Shown piece after piece: positions 26,355 to 39,300 of a stretch of DNA of 64,000 nt; the first letter of the stretch is position 1, and every line of letters begins with the position of its first letter. The translations under genes were made by a program, and so were the position numbers. Source of the DNA: Tubiluchus corallicola (lineage: Eukaryota; Animalia; Priapulida); contig JAQGDQ010000452.1 in NCBI GenBank assembly GCA_030141605.1, positions 103,580 to 167,579 on the forward strand, in the 5' to 3' direction. Below the pieces are notes generated by a model. That model was not told the origin of the DNA. It made no database searches and saw nothing but the letters and a program-made list of their open reading frames with translations.

Positions 26355-27370
26355 CTTTCTGTGGCACATTGTAGTTCTTTCCCAATCAACACTAGAAGAA
26401 AGCATTATTATTACCTGCCTTGCAATGTTAACGTAACAGGACAGTTCAAGAAGAATTTGGCTTTGAAGTCTGTTGCTTTATGAAACTTTTCTAAATGCTT
26501 CCGTTTGGTGATAAGACTTTAATTTTTTTCTATCAAACACCTATTGCAAAATTAATAGTTCTTGTCTTAGAATGCTGGGTTTTGGTTATTGACAAATGAT
26601 TTGTTAAAGCAAACGAATAGAATGATATTAGAAGAGGGAACTGGGGGAAGTGGGTCAGCCAATAACTTCCGTTTCTGTGTGTAAAATTAAAATACTGATG
26701 GAAAATTAAAAGACTTTTTTTTCATAGTAGGAATTACATTTATAAATTTTCCTGTAACTGTTCTACAAAAGTACAAATGCAATAAACTTATAGGAATTTG
26801 ATTTGAAACTTCTCTGTAAACCGTTCAACATTCCTGGCGAATTACTTAATTCCTCGTGTCTGAAATAGCATTTCATAACCAATTGAATTATAAATTTATT
26901 ACACAGCAAATCGTACATGTAAACATACATACAAATTGTTATTACATTATAAAATAAAATAAACGAGTCACTGTGAGGAGGAGGAAGGAGTGTTATGCTT
27001 TCGAGTCCTCCTCTAGTACTTCCCCAGTCCTCCTCCAGCCAAAAAAATAGTTTACCTAGAAATGGAACACTTTTTTCACGTTAAAGATGCCATTTTTACC
27101 TGGCACGTTGTTAGTTCCTTTCGGAAACGAATACTGCATGATAATGAGGGACTATGATTGTAAAATAAGTTGAGAGACGGTGCAGCTGCAGCTGTGTTTG
27201 TCAAACTATGATGTTTATCGCTAATTGCATTTGCTTTAAGTAGTGTTTACTGTTCAGAGGCGGAGTTCATAGGTAAGTACTCGCAGCTTCATCATCACAT
27301 TGCCTAGGTGTGCAGAATTTGGACACCTGTTTGCAATCAATCAACTCGTGCCTGCAGCACGTGTACATAG

Positions 27371-27378
27371 TGACGTCA
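27371..27378. promoter_or_regulatory. Perfect CRE octamer TGACGTCA
   Basis: Exact motif about 100 bp downstream of a consensus donor at 27272; function unproven. Confidence 0.28.
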
Positions 27379-29010
27379 ACTGTGGAGCATTGTGTAATGT
27401 GTATATTATGGCGCGTTCAGACGTAGAGACTTCTCTCGCATCTTGTTGAAACGTGTGAACGAGAGAAATTTCTACGTCTGAACGCGCCATTAGTCTGTTT
27501 TTCATTTTCTTGTGCAGTGTGTGGTCTTGTAACTGACATGGTATAGTTAGTTTCTTGATCCTAAACCAATTTTTTATGCAGACTTTGGTGCTTAACACAC
27601 AAAGTATCTGTGCTGGTTGTTCATTCTTGTGCTTTGTGAGTGTATAAGAAAAAAATAAAATAGTTTTGTCGACTAACGGCTTCTGGTTTATGATAATTTC
27701 ACGACTCGTTTCTTTACGACAGTTTCTACTAGGAATCGAGTACGGTATCACCAGCCACGGTCAGTAACGGGCATCATTTAATTTTGAAGTTTACTAAATG
27801 GTTTAACTGAGTGACCTTTCAAGTCTTCGACAGGTTTCATTTCCCTGATGGGATAATGATTGGCTGAACATTCAGTGGTGCGTTTATACGTTTATTCTTG
27901 CTGTGTGTTGATGCATGCTGAGAAGCGACAGTCACCTCGTGGATTTGCTCTAAATAACAAGCCATGTTGCTTAATGTGTTTCGTGGGGACTGCAGGATGT
28001 TATCAGCCAGGTAAATAAGCATTACTGTTAGTGAAGCCAGATGACACAGAACCTCGTTAGTCGTCACGCCGGGAGGATATATTTGTAATGCTATTGTGGG
28101 AAGTCAGCATTGTATTTGGTGAAGCCTTTGTGTGAAACTTGTGTCGAAATAAGTCCTTAATACTGTCGCAGGAGCAGTGACAATATATCTAAGGTTTTAT
28201 CTCTTGTGAAGCCATTGTGCATGTATGTAGTCTTGCAACAGGATGTTATTAATAACACTGTCGTGTTTGCTCTTTTGTTAAATGCGTTATTATGCCAGAC
28301 GAGCTTTGAGCTGGAGATACACGTGAGAATCAATAATGAGAACAAACTGCTGAAGGCAGACGTGTTACTTACGTGATATCTGATCCCATTAAAACTAGTG
28401 TTTCTAATGTTATTTATGTAGCATATGTGAGCTGTGTAATAACTTACTGCTGTATTACACAAGGGAACCAGGCACGGACTTTTAGTGAATATGTTCGAAA
28501 GTAGTAAGGACTTCTTCACGATAGTGCAGCAGTCAGATTATTGAATAGCTATGCCAAGTTGTAACAAAGCCAAGGTATTTACTATTAACACTTTCGCATG
28601 AATACATTACACCTGCATGTAATAATTCCTATTCTGAGCAAGCCTCTCATTCCTCAAGTTCATGTGTTATGTCTTCTCCTCTATTTCACCTGTTATGCTG
28701 TTAGAACTGTTTTATAAGATATGACATACTTCAAGAATTGTTGTACTGCACTTCTTATTCATGAGTCTGAAACTGATACAATCATTACCATGTTAATAAC
28801 TCATTGTAACTTTACTAGAGTAACTTGTAGACTGTTTAAGAACAGCTAGGTAGTACGTTTTGAATTGATGACAGCACGTTTTGAATTGATGACACCAGCA
28901 TGGGTGTTGTAAGGCTCATTTCATTGAGTAAATTATTTAAGCTGTGTTTTGCCAGTGAGAGGAGCTGATGATTTGAACACACTGTTGTGTGGCAATTAGG
29001 AAGGCAGGTC

Positions 29011-29260
29011 TGGGGGATTTAGCTCAATGATAGCTTACTTGGTTCCCACCCGGGAGGTTGCGGCTTCAATTCCGGAGCGAGTCATATCAAAGGCTTAAAA
29101 AATTACCAGTGAGATGCGCTGATGATGTGAACATGATATTGTACTGGTGGGAAGACAGTAAGCCCCTAATAGAAAGGTTTCATTTGTGCAACCATTGGCA
29201 TGAGTTGACAACCACAGTGGATATTTACTGGCACCATTGACCAAAGGGCAGGTTATCAAA
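29011..29260 (+). mobile_element. tRNA-derived SINE
   Basis: A box TAGCTCAATG, degenerate B box GCTTCAATTCC, then gtcatatcaaaggcttaaaaa typical of conserved invertebrate SINE central domains. Confidence 0.55.
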
Positions 29261-30439
29261 ATATGATTATATATTGCTGGAACAACAGACAGGAGTTGAC
29301 ATTAAAGTAAGAGTACGTACTGGCCACAATGTATGTTTACTGAACACACGAGAAATTTCTTGCGAAAAAATCCAGCAAATGCATAACATATGTAAGATTT
29401 TAAACACCTGCCATCATAAACTTGCATAATCTTTACTATGTCTGCATTTTTGGCAGCAGAAATACATAAAATTAAGCAAGTAGTTGCTACACAAACTGTA
29501 GTTGCTACACATAATCAGCTGGTTTTAAATTAACATTTTTCATGTTAATGAGTTAGACAAATGGCCTGACACTTGCGCACTATATATTGTGAGCCCTGCA
29601 CCGATAGAATTAAAATGTGTTAAAGGAAATGAATGTAATAGTTGTTGTGTCACTATGATATCAGTTCTGTACACTTGTGTACCTTAAAAGACTTAAGCTA
29701 GAGTGTTGCCTATATGTTACTGTTTGCACCTCATGTAAGTTAATTGGAGCTGCCTGTAAATTTTGAAGAGCGATACTTGCATAAAGTGCTATCATATTGT
29801 TCCATAAGTACAGTGCTAGACGTGGTTTCAGAGAAAACAGTAATGACATTGCATCAGCAATAAGAATATTAATATCATGTTGTAATAAGATCTCATTGTG
29901 TTTGACGTAGGATCAATACTGGACATTATTAATATTATGGGAACGTGATAAATTGTACCTACGTGAAGACTAGAACTACTTCCATGCAATATGTCATTTG
30001 TAAACGATATGGACCCAGGACCTGTGTGAAATCAGAACTATGTACAAAGAAATGCTAAACCATTCATTGTGATTATTAATTCTGTACCATGAATTATGCT
30101 CATGGAGAGATCACTGTATATATACTATAGAGTAAAGTTAATACAGAAGTCATTCAATATTTTTAGTGCTACAGCTTCTTATGGTACTCAAAACAGCATA
30201 CAGTTACATATGCTAAATTAAGCCTGTCTACTGCAGTTTTTACTAATAGGAGGTTCATTACTGTAACTTGTACCTAATAGCTCCTTCTCTCAGTTTACCT
30301 GTGGAAGGACCAGTACTGTACTAATTCAGCCACATCTGGTGCCTCAGCCTGATACCTGAACCAACTTGCTAGCCTTGTACAACTTTCCAGTAGCTGTAGC
30401 CAAGTCTGATCTTGGGTCAACTATAGTCTTATTCTATTT

Positions 30440-30760
30440 ACATATTTATTTATTCTATAGTTTTATTGTATTATCTGAACCTACATTTAAAAAAGTCCTG
30501 TATTGTTACTTTTATGAAAGATGTTCTAATGCTTTCTGTTCATTGATTCTTAAACACCGATAAGCTTGTTCGGACACATTTTACTCCCGCTTCTCATAAT
30601 CTTCCCTGGAAATTCCTATATGCATAACAGCCGCTCACAAATCCTTTTTTTCCTCGGGCCTGTTATTTATGGAATTCTTTAGCACACATTTGTTTCCATG
30701 CTATTTACAACCTCACTTGTTTCAAGAAATACACGAACAGACATCCATCACTAAAAATTA
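30440..30760 (+). mobile_element. Highly decayed LINE 3' fragment
   Basis: Remnant FFPRACYLWNSL motif near 30645-30685. Confidence 0.4.
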
Positions 30761-32191
30761 GTTATAAAAATTTGGGCTAGTGTTCTAGACATGCAGTTTA
30801 CTTTGTACAGAACAATTCTTTTAAAAATTTGTTACAAGGATTACATTATACCAATCAAATGGGAAAGTCATTAGTATAATAATTGCTATCAAAGATTCTA
30901 CAATGCTGCATGAGTTGTTTTGTAGCCTTTATTGCTAAGTGTTTCTGTACTTTCCTTCATCTGAACGATTCCCTCTTCAGGTCTTCAAACGGCTGACTCT
31001 TTTGGCCTTTAGCAATTTTTATTTCTTGTTCTTTCATCTGTTACTGTTTATTGCATGCAATAACTACGTAATGGTTGCGTATGGATTAATAATCTCCTTG
31101 AAAAGTTTCTTGTAAATGATGATGATGTTAAGCTTATTGTGGCAGCAGCAGCAGTCTGTTGCTCGGATGAGTGATTTGTGTAATTAGTGAATTTTGCTCA
31201 AGTGTTTTATCATGGAAGTTTTGCAAACAACATTAACTATGAAATTATTTTTAATCAAAAAATTGAGTGCTGTTTTTCGTGGAAAGTGATATGAAAGTGT
31301 GGCTATCTCGTTGCTCGCTTTTCTGAGGTGGTCGGATACGTAGATTACAATTGAAAAAAGTTCTGTTAGGTTTTGTAAGGCTGTGTTTACTTGCAGGAAG
31401 AGCATCGGCACTTTTCAGAAGAGCTAGCCGGAACCGTCCTTTTATAGACTCCATGGTACTTTCTATGTACTCATTTTTGCTTTCGTTCTGCTGAGCATTT
31501 ATTGTCGTCGTCGTTGCCGTTTTAATGTGTGAACATTGTAGTCAATTCTTCACTTTCTGCCATCAACCAACTGTCGTAAAGTAATAAGCATTCACACTTG
31601 CGGTGTCTTCTATCGTTTATTGTCGACACTGTTACCGTAACGTATTATAATTTTAAGAGTTTTTAGTTCGGCTTTATTAGACCTAGCTGCAGGAATATTA
31701 CGTTCAATGAAGTTTCTTCTAGTCTCATGATTGCGTAATAAAGGTTGATGAAAATGTGCAAATTACTGAGCTCATCTTATAAATTACAGGGCTTTGATGT
31801 ATTCCTGTGTTAGTTCATTCTGCTCACGCTGTGCCGTAAAGCTGCAGCTAATGTAGTTAGCGTTACAAAGCCTGCAATGCTGTAATTTACCATGTTCAAG
31901 CGATCAAACGGCCATTGTTTTTCGTCCTCCCAGTGGTGCATTAGTTTTGAGTGCTTCCTAGAGAGTTGTCAGTAAATTGATGAACAGGTCTGTATTTATC
32001 CGATTTTCTTTCTGGTGTTGGAATTTTCTAGACAGGTTTAAGTCCTGGTCCTGCCACCATCACAGAAACTGCTTGTTTTAGTGTCCATAAGCAAAATCCA
32101 ATGCAGCAATTTCTGTACCGTCCCTCGAAATTCACAAAACTGGCCTGTTGTCGCCAGAACACTCCGCATGGTTTGTGATTGTTTCTGGTGC

Positions 32192-32233
<42 letters not shown>

Positions 32234-32262
32234 TCAACAACAACAACAATAATAATAATAAT
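32192..32262. repeat. (AAT)n/(AAC)n microsatellite
   Basis: Direct reading. Confidence 0.95.
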
Positions 32263-34079
32263 TTATTGAATATTTTAATGCATTATACGTGATGATCAAA
32301 TGCATCGTACAATAAAAGCTCAACAAAATTACTAAAAAATTAATTCATAAGATATGTAAGACCATGCTTATACATGCTTTGCCGATGTCACTTATTACTG
32401 TACGTATTTGTATCATTCGTGTGTTGAGGGCAGAACAGTTGTAGTGCAATCGTATTTATCTTTGTGGTATGGGTCTCATTTTGGTCTCGCTACTGTTCTG
32501 CTGTAACTGTCGAGTAGCGTCGTCGTTTCCATGGTTGCCGCATCCGGCTTTCCGGGATACTATTTGCCTGTTAACGGGGGTGATGACCGTTTCATAATAA
32601 TTACTACTAATGTAGGAATCCCACGCATACGGGAAATAGCTGGCTTCCTTTTCTTGGACTAATCATCGAAACGGTTAGGGTTATAAGCACTTTCATTCAA
32701 AAATTGCATTCACATATGTAGGAAATCAGTGCACATTATAACTCGAGCACAGACGTGCTCCGGTCGCCAAATAACATGTCTAACACTTTCTTACTTTCTT
32801 TATACAAGTACAACCTAGTTAAAGGAAAAGAGGACTAGTGAAAATATGAATATGGGTAAGAGGCATCTGTCAACGTTTTTCTTCAAGCGAGCGAGGTTAT
32901 GGTTTACAAGGAAACAAGGTAAAGAATTGCACAATTAAGAGGCTCCAGTGGAAAAACTAGATTTATAAGCAGCTGCTACAATGTTAAATTTGTTAGTTCG
33001 CTGTTTTTAGACCAACTAAACGTTTATTTAGTACTCTGTAGAAGAAATTTGTGTCTCATCGTTGTGAATGAAATTGTTCAAAGCAAAATAGAAATCTGAG
33101 AAGGTATAATTTTATAATTTTTAATCTTTCTCTTATTTGATCTTTCATATTAGTTTGTACAGCGAAAAACAAAAAAGTTACAAACTAATATAAGTAATCA
33201 TGGAAACATACAAATAGACGTAGTTTTCAACATTTTGCTGTTTGTTATTTACTTCATCTACTGCTTTATTTTAGCTATAAAACTGCTTCAATGTTTTTCT
33301 TCCTCTTTAGTTTATGAGCAAACAGCAAAGCTTCATCCACGGCTGGCTTGCATAATGCAAATGTAGCTTCAGTTTACTCATACGACGCTACCATAGTGAC
33401 TTGTATAGAGGAAATTTTAACAAGTAACTTGATCGATATTCCAAACTCACTCATCGATTTCTGCGAATTTTCTGAATAAGTTTTTGAGAGTGCGCGCAAA
33501 CAAACTTATTACTGGTTTCTGTATACAAATCATGTCAACACACCAGGGAATAACTACGATATGACTATCTGAATCGAATCCATTCTCATGTTTATTGAAA
33601 TTGACGCTCTGCTGGCGGCTGCCTGCGTCGCCGTATATATGTATGAAAATTTTTCTGACAACATTCGTGTTTTTGCGCGCGTGTGCGTGAATAAACAAAT
33701 TTTTCACTTACCCAGATCAACGTGTTCTCTTTTTTCCTTGGAGGTGACATTATTCACTCCTTAATCACTTTTGTTTGGCTTCTTACAATTCTTTGTATTC
33801 GAACTTGTGTTTAGGAACGTAACAAGGCAATGGGGACATAAATACAAAACAAAAAATGGTAACCATAGCAAGAGTTGCTAGGCTCTAAATTCTACATCAT
33901 ATTAGTAATGTCAGTTGTTTGTCCTGCACATTTCAGTTTTTAACAATTTTTTATTCTTGGTAACAAACTGAAAAGTGTGGTGTTAGCTTATTAGTATTAC
34001 TTGTGTATAATTTCTTTATTATCTGAGTCACAAAACTGACTTCTGAACTGTGAAAGTTGCTACCGTGTAGCGTGTGCAG

Positions 34080-34089
34080 ATGACGTCAT
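34080..34089. promoter_or_regulatory. Perfect palindromic CRE (ATGACGTCAT)
   Basis: TGACGTCA at 34081-88, with nearby TGACG half-site and TGATGTCA variant within 45 bp. Confidence 0.4.
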
Positions 34090-34225
34090 GGGCTTAGGAA
34101 TGAGTGACGTTTTGTATGATGATGTCATTAGCATGGCACTGCGGGTGATGATGAAGGGACAACATCAAGTAACAAGATGAAGGGACCTGCATCTTGCGGG
34201 TGCAGGAAGCCAGCTAATCACCATC

Positions 34226-34291
34226 ATGCTGATCTTCCTTTCAGTGACCCTCACTGGCTTCATCTGTTATAAGATGGCCAAGGTCATCAAG
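34226..34291 (+). CDS. Candidate alternative first coding exon of PRKAR1 (hydrophobic leader MLIFLSVTLTGFICYKMAKVIK)
   Basis: GC-richer island; phase-0 donor AAG|gtattt 1.25 kb before exon 2; hydrophobic stretch followed by basic residues. Confidence 0.42.
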
Positions 34292-35204
34292 GTATTTTGA
34301 TAATAGAGGTTCTTATGTAATGGATTCATTGTATATGTGGCACATGTAAACGGAAAACTTCCTGTTCCCAAGGTTCTCAACAAACCTACATTCGTAAGAG
34401 AACTTACTGTGCCAGCAGAGACGTTGCGGATTTTGTGTTGGTGTAGAAACCATGAAAGCAGTCTCTGGGATGTAGCTGTTCTAGCTCAGCCTTGACCACT
34501 AATACACACTCAATGGCTATTCTTGCTTATAGCCTCAAACTTTAGTTTTGCTGTCGAAACTGGAGACTACTTCTATCTTTTGTTGTTGTAAATGCGTCCA
34601 TTTGCTTGTGAGAGATGATAGTATATGGTATGGTTCAGTTGCATGTAATGGAATTGGTTTTTAAATTGTTTGAATAATATCAACATTGTTTCATTTTGCT
34701 GTGCTGACACATGCACGACTATAGTCAACTGAAATTGCTCCACGAAGATGACACATGTAGTCAAAAAAGTTGGACAGTTAGAATGTCACAAAACCTTTGG
34801 TTGAATAATATCAATTTTTGACACACTCTTGTAGTTGACAAAGTTGATCGCAAGGTGTTTTGGTAACTGCAGGACCAAGAGCAGAAATTCAGCGCTCTGA
34901 CACACGTACGACTTCGTCTGCTCAACTAGGAACAAATTACTTTTAACAGCTTTTTCCATTTAATCTTTTGACCTAGCTGTGACTTAACCTGTGGTTTAGC
35001 CAAGTCTTAACAAAAGAGAGAAAACCAGCAAACAATTGCTGACAGAAACTGGATGACCATAACATACGATTTTTTGATAGAGAACGAGATTCTAGACGAT
35101 GTTTTGATTCTATTTTGAACTTCAGACGTTGTTTTTGTCGTGTTGCATCGTTTAAAAAAATGAATAAACAGAAAAAACAAAATCATGTTATGAAATCCCA
35201 TGTT

Positions 35205-35483
35205 ATAGAAACTAGTGTGATTCCTGTGGGACCTTTTCGGCTGTTTTCGGCGCGGAATTTCAGCCTGTAAATCAGTCAATTAGATCTGATTACTAGCAGT
35301 CAATTCGTTAGATAGTCTGTCAGTTAGTCAGCTAGTTGGCCAAACAATCTATGCATTAACCTAGCCAGGCATTGTTTTCACTCAATAATTCTGACAATCA
35401 GTCGATCAGTAGGCCATTCAGGCCCACAACTAGGCATTTATGGATAAGCCTAGCCAGGTAGTCATCCTGTTGACCAATCAGCC
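35205..35483 (+). repeat. 279-bp dispersed duplication, copy 1
   Basis: Near-identical to 37968-38246 (atagaaactagtgtgattcctgtggg...ttgaccaatcagcc). Confidence 0.92.
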
Positions 35484-35541
35484 TCTTTCTGCCTCTTGTT
35501 TTTTTATAGAGCAGCATCGCTGAACAGATTGCTTTTTACAG

Positions 35542-35703
35542 GAAAACAGATCGAAGCAGAAGTCATCTTCGAGTCCAGCACAGGATGACAGCGATGAGCA
35601 GTCCCCTCTTCCGACGCAGCCTCCTGGTACAGGACGAACAAGAAGAGGAGCTGTCAGTGCCGAGGTCTACACAGAGGAGGATGCAGCGAGTTATGTTAAG
35701 AAG
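35542..35703 (+). CDS. PRKAR1: PRKAR1 exon 2: linker and pseudosubstrate inhibitor site
   Basis: Acceptor tttttacag, donor AAG|gtatgg; 162 nt, phase 0->0; ENRSKQK...[24 protein letters not shown]; RRGA (Ala at P-site) defines type I. Confidence 0.93.
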
Positions 35704-35807
35704 GTATGGTGCAGTTTGTTTGTCATTCTGTCTGTCGTGGCTTGCTTTTCAGGTGGGTAAAAAATTCGTACATTTTCTTGGTGCAGTGGGTTTAATTGTA
35801 CGTTTTT

Positions 35808-35871
35808 GGACTTGAACCAGGATTTTCAGGATTGCAAGTACAACATCATGACCACTAGACCACACAGTCCC
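35808..35871 (-). mobile_element. tRNA-derived SINE head
   Basis: Minus strand A box TGGTCTAGTGG and B box GGTTCAAGTCC. Confidence 0.5.
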
Positions 35872-37651
35872 TTGTAAGTTGCTAGGAGGCAATAAGCTCA
35901 CAAGTATTAAATTTTCAAAAACAAATCTAACTGAAATTTTGAGTGTAAATCTTAAATTGAATGTTCTTTGTTCTATTAATTCTTTCTCTCCTGTTGCTCA
36001 GATTTTTAGCTCCAACTTTTGCCGGTTTTCAACTTAAGAAAACAGTTTTCTATGTGATTTCATTGTTTTGCAAATTTTGAAAATTGTTTTGCAAATCACT
36101 CAGAGAGTGATAGAAGTATTAGCAGAATAACAACGCTCTCTAATCTACTCATAACATTCACATACATTTATACGCTAGATTAGCGTGAGCACACATCACG
36201 CACAATACAAATTAAATTTATGCCTTTCACTCACTCATTCAGTGATTTATGCACTGCTGTGATTTCCATGGGTTAAAACTATTAATTTGCATCAGTGTTG
36301 GCGCATTTAATGTGGATTCATTTAATGACCTAAAGTTCTTACTTCATTCGGTAATTTCAGTTTAGTATTATCGTATCCGACTCGTTTATTGTCTCGTAGA
36401 TGGCACCACAAGTTAATCTTTCACTGTACGGCGAATAAAGCATTTCTTTTTCTGCCTGAGTGACTTGACTGAATTCTTTCACTTAAAATATTTATAAATG
36501 CTAAGGTGCTTTTATGAATGACAGGTACTTTTATTTACGTATGTAGAAATTCTCCGTATATATATTTTTTATGAAGGTTGGGCATAATTCTCTTCCCCCA
36601 GGCGATAGTGAGACCTATTAATTCAATTCATTTGTTAATACAAATATTTAATTTTAAAATTTAAGCAGTCAAATGAGATGACATTGAGAAACCAGCATGG
36701 TTCACCAACCTTCGAGACACGTTTTGATGTAACACTGAGTGACTGTACAGTAGATACTAGATGCTGCTACAGATGATATTAAAGGAAGACAGGATGATTT
36801 TTCATATACTACTCCATTTTCGAGTCTGATGAAAAGTATACATTGTAACACCAGTAATACTGCAAAAGCATTTCTAATAATTAAATAATAGATTAAAAAC
36901 TTAATTAATGGCGGGTGAGCCCAACTACTGATGACATCACAAACTAACATAATTTTCAACAGCCATGAGCGTGTTGCACGTGTTTGCGAAAGAGAAAATT
37001 GAAGTACAGTGCTACTGTAAGATATTCAGTGTGTTGTACTAAAACTAGGCAAGTTTTAAGATAAAAGTTCAAATTTCAAATTTACCACTGTGCTTGCACA
37101 TGACCTGTCGAACGTGTGTAGTTCGTCACATACTAACACATCTGAACTGAGAGGTACAGCACCTGTTTTTTGTTCAATGCATTTCCGAAATGCAGGTACT
37201 AGTGCCCGTCTAACTAGCGAATCGCGAAATGCATGTAACAGCGAAGAACTAAAGGCGCGAATGTGAAATTGTGTTTGTGTGGTAATAATTCTTGCACGTA
37301 AGTCATTTTTGAAAAATTAGTGTGTTTCCTTTCAATATTTTAAAGAGTAGATTGTTTTGACCTACAGTTTAAGACTGGGTTTTGCTTTAAGGACTTGATG
37401 CATTACTAGCAGAAAATTCTAAAATTAAAAGAATAGACCTATCCAAAAGCGTCTTTCCTACGTTATTCATTTCTAGCGTATGAATTTCAAGAACTAAATT
37501 TTAATTTCATGACTGTAGGTAGTGTCTTTATACCTAGGTATGCAGCATGTAAATTTACCGTGTGAAATGTCTAGTCGTCTATTGTATTTAGCAGCAACAG
37601 TTATCCGTGATATCTTTCAGTTTCTTAGTTGTGTCAGGCGTCTTTGTTCGC

Positions 37652-37665
37652 TGCCACTAGATGGC
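37652..37665 (+). promoter_or_regulatory. CTCF-like motif
   Basis: TGCCACTAGATGGC matches the CTCF core; NRF1-like TGCGCATGCGC at 37858-68 nearby. Confidence 0.3.
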
Positions 37666-37967
37666 TCTTCTGAGTTGATTTGAATTGAGCGTTCGTCAAT
37701 AAGAAACAGCAATTTCTAAAACCGCAGGCAATGCAGATAATTTTAAAATTTTGTTGCGCAGTAAGAGCGTAATGCGTGAAGACGCCCACTCTACCTCACC
37801 ACTTCAAATGGAGAGACAGAAATTAGGGAAGTCCTGGCTTTGGAGTGATAACGATTGTGCGCATGCGCTCTACAAATTAAGCCAACGAAGCCACGTTGTG
37901 CATAACGCGTGTCACCAGTGCATTTGCCTGTGTCTAGCTAGGAAAGCTGGAAATTTCTGGTATTTTA

Positions 37968-38246
37968 ATAGAAACTAGTGTGATTCCTGTGGGAACTTTT
38001 CGGCCGTTTTGGGCGCGGAATTTCAGCCTGTAAATCAGTCGATTAGATCTGATAACTAGCAGTCAATTCGTTAGACCGTCTGTCAGTTAGTCAGCTAGTT
38101 AGCCAAACAATCTATGCATTAACCTAGCCAGGCATTGTTTTCACTCGATAATTCTGACAATCAGTCGATCAGTAGGCCATAAAGGCGCACAACTAGGCAT
38201 TTATGGATAAGCCTAGCCAGATAGTCATCCTGTTGACCAATCAGCC
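37968..38246 (+). repeat. 279-bp dispersed duplication, copy 2
   Basis: Direct repeat of 35205-35483, offset 2763 bp. Confidence 0.92.
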
Positions 38247-39139
38247 AGGCAGTGGGTGAATCAATGCAGTCATTTAGTCACTTTTAGTAATTCTGTCAGT
38301 CACTCGGTCGGTCGGTCAGCCAGCTAAATGTACATTCACTCAGTCAAATATTTTTAGTTTTGCATACTGCAATCCAGCACATGGCGATGAGAAGTAATTA
38401 CTGTAAATAGTTGTGGTAGGATCGGAATGTAGCTCAGAGTCAAGGGTAATCCTCCATGATGAGCAACTAAAGCGGTAAAGATGTCACAATGTTAGTCAGT
38501 CAGTACATGGGGGTCAGTAAATTGATAATGCTCTTGCATTTTCACGATCATTTTAATTGCGTTTTAATTGCTTCAGTCATTCATCAAGCTGTTCTGTTTT
38601 ATTGCGCTCTAACTATTATTAACTTTTCACTAAGCTGCAGCTGCATTGACAGAGGGCGTTATTGGTAGATTGTTTGTCTGAAAACACTTATCGCTAATTG
38701 CACAGAACTTTTATACGTTCGTGTGCAGACATGTTAGCTGTTAATGTTAGGGTTTTAACTCGGCTCATAAAAGAGTTAATAATGACTATGAAAAAGTTTC
38801 ACTGAATTAGCACCGGGCAGCTGATGATTGAAGTTGCTGATGCTGCTGATGATTGAAGGTTGCTAGTATAGCCAACATTCCCTGAAGTTTGCAAAACAAG
38901 TTCTGTAGCAAGACAATTTTTATGCAACACTCAGTGAGAGTTTACCACTGTGGAATACAGCATTCAGTCGCACGACTTACTTAATGTGTATATGTTTGTA
39001 TAAGTGTACAGAATCTGGGTCCGTTATAAAGCTAATCCTCCCAAGCGAGTCATTGAACCAACAGGGGTGTTTCAGCCATGTTCTGATGTGTTTGCATCCT
39101 CCCTCAGACAGACTCAGGTAAACAACCAAAAAACCATTG

Positions 39140-39300
39140 AGGCGAGGTGCATGGTCCAGTGGTCTCGGACTTGTCTTGGCGGCTTAAGAATAGTGCCAAA
39201 GCTGGTCAGTGAGTGGTTGCTGCTAGTTGAGTGACCTGGTTCGATTCTCAATCTGGGTGGTTTCGTTTGTTATCCTAGGTAAGAATAACTCTTTCGGCTG
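39140..39300 (+). mobile_element. tRNA-derived SINE
   Basis: A box TGGTCCAGTGG, B box GGTTCGATTC, downstream gttatcctaggtaaga core-like motif. Confidence 0.45.

Noticed and set aside
32846-32918. ATG-led segment MNMGKRHLSTFFFKRARLWFTRKQ ending at an AAG|gtaaag donor
   Set aside because: Phase 1, incompatible with exon 2 unless a weak acceptor at 34205 is invoked; too speculative
34178-34180. Selenocysteine recoding of the in-frame TGA
   Set aside because: No redox motif context, no SECIS visible in the window, and no TGA-CTAG read-through context; left only as an open question
35585-35815. ORF-track proteins over exons 2 and 3 (also 50898-51098) as separate genes
   Set aside because: Shifted frames of real PRKAR1 exons
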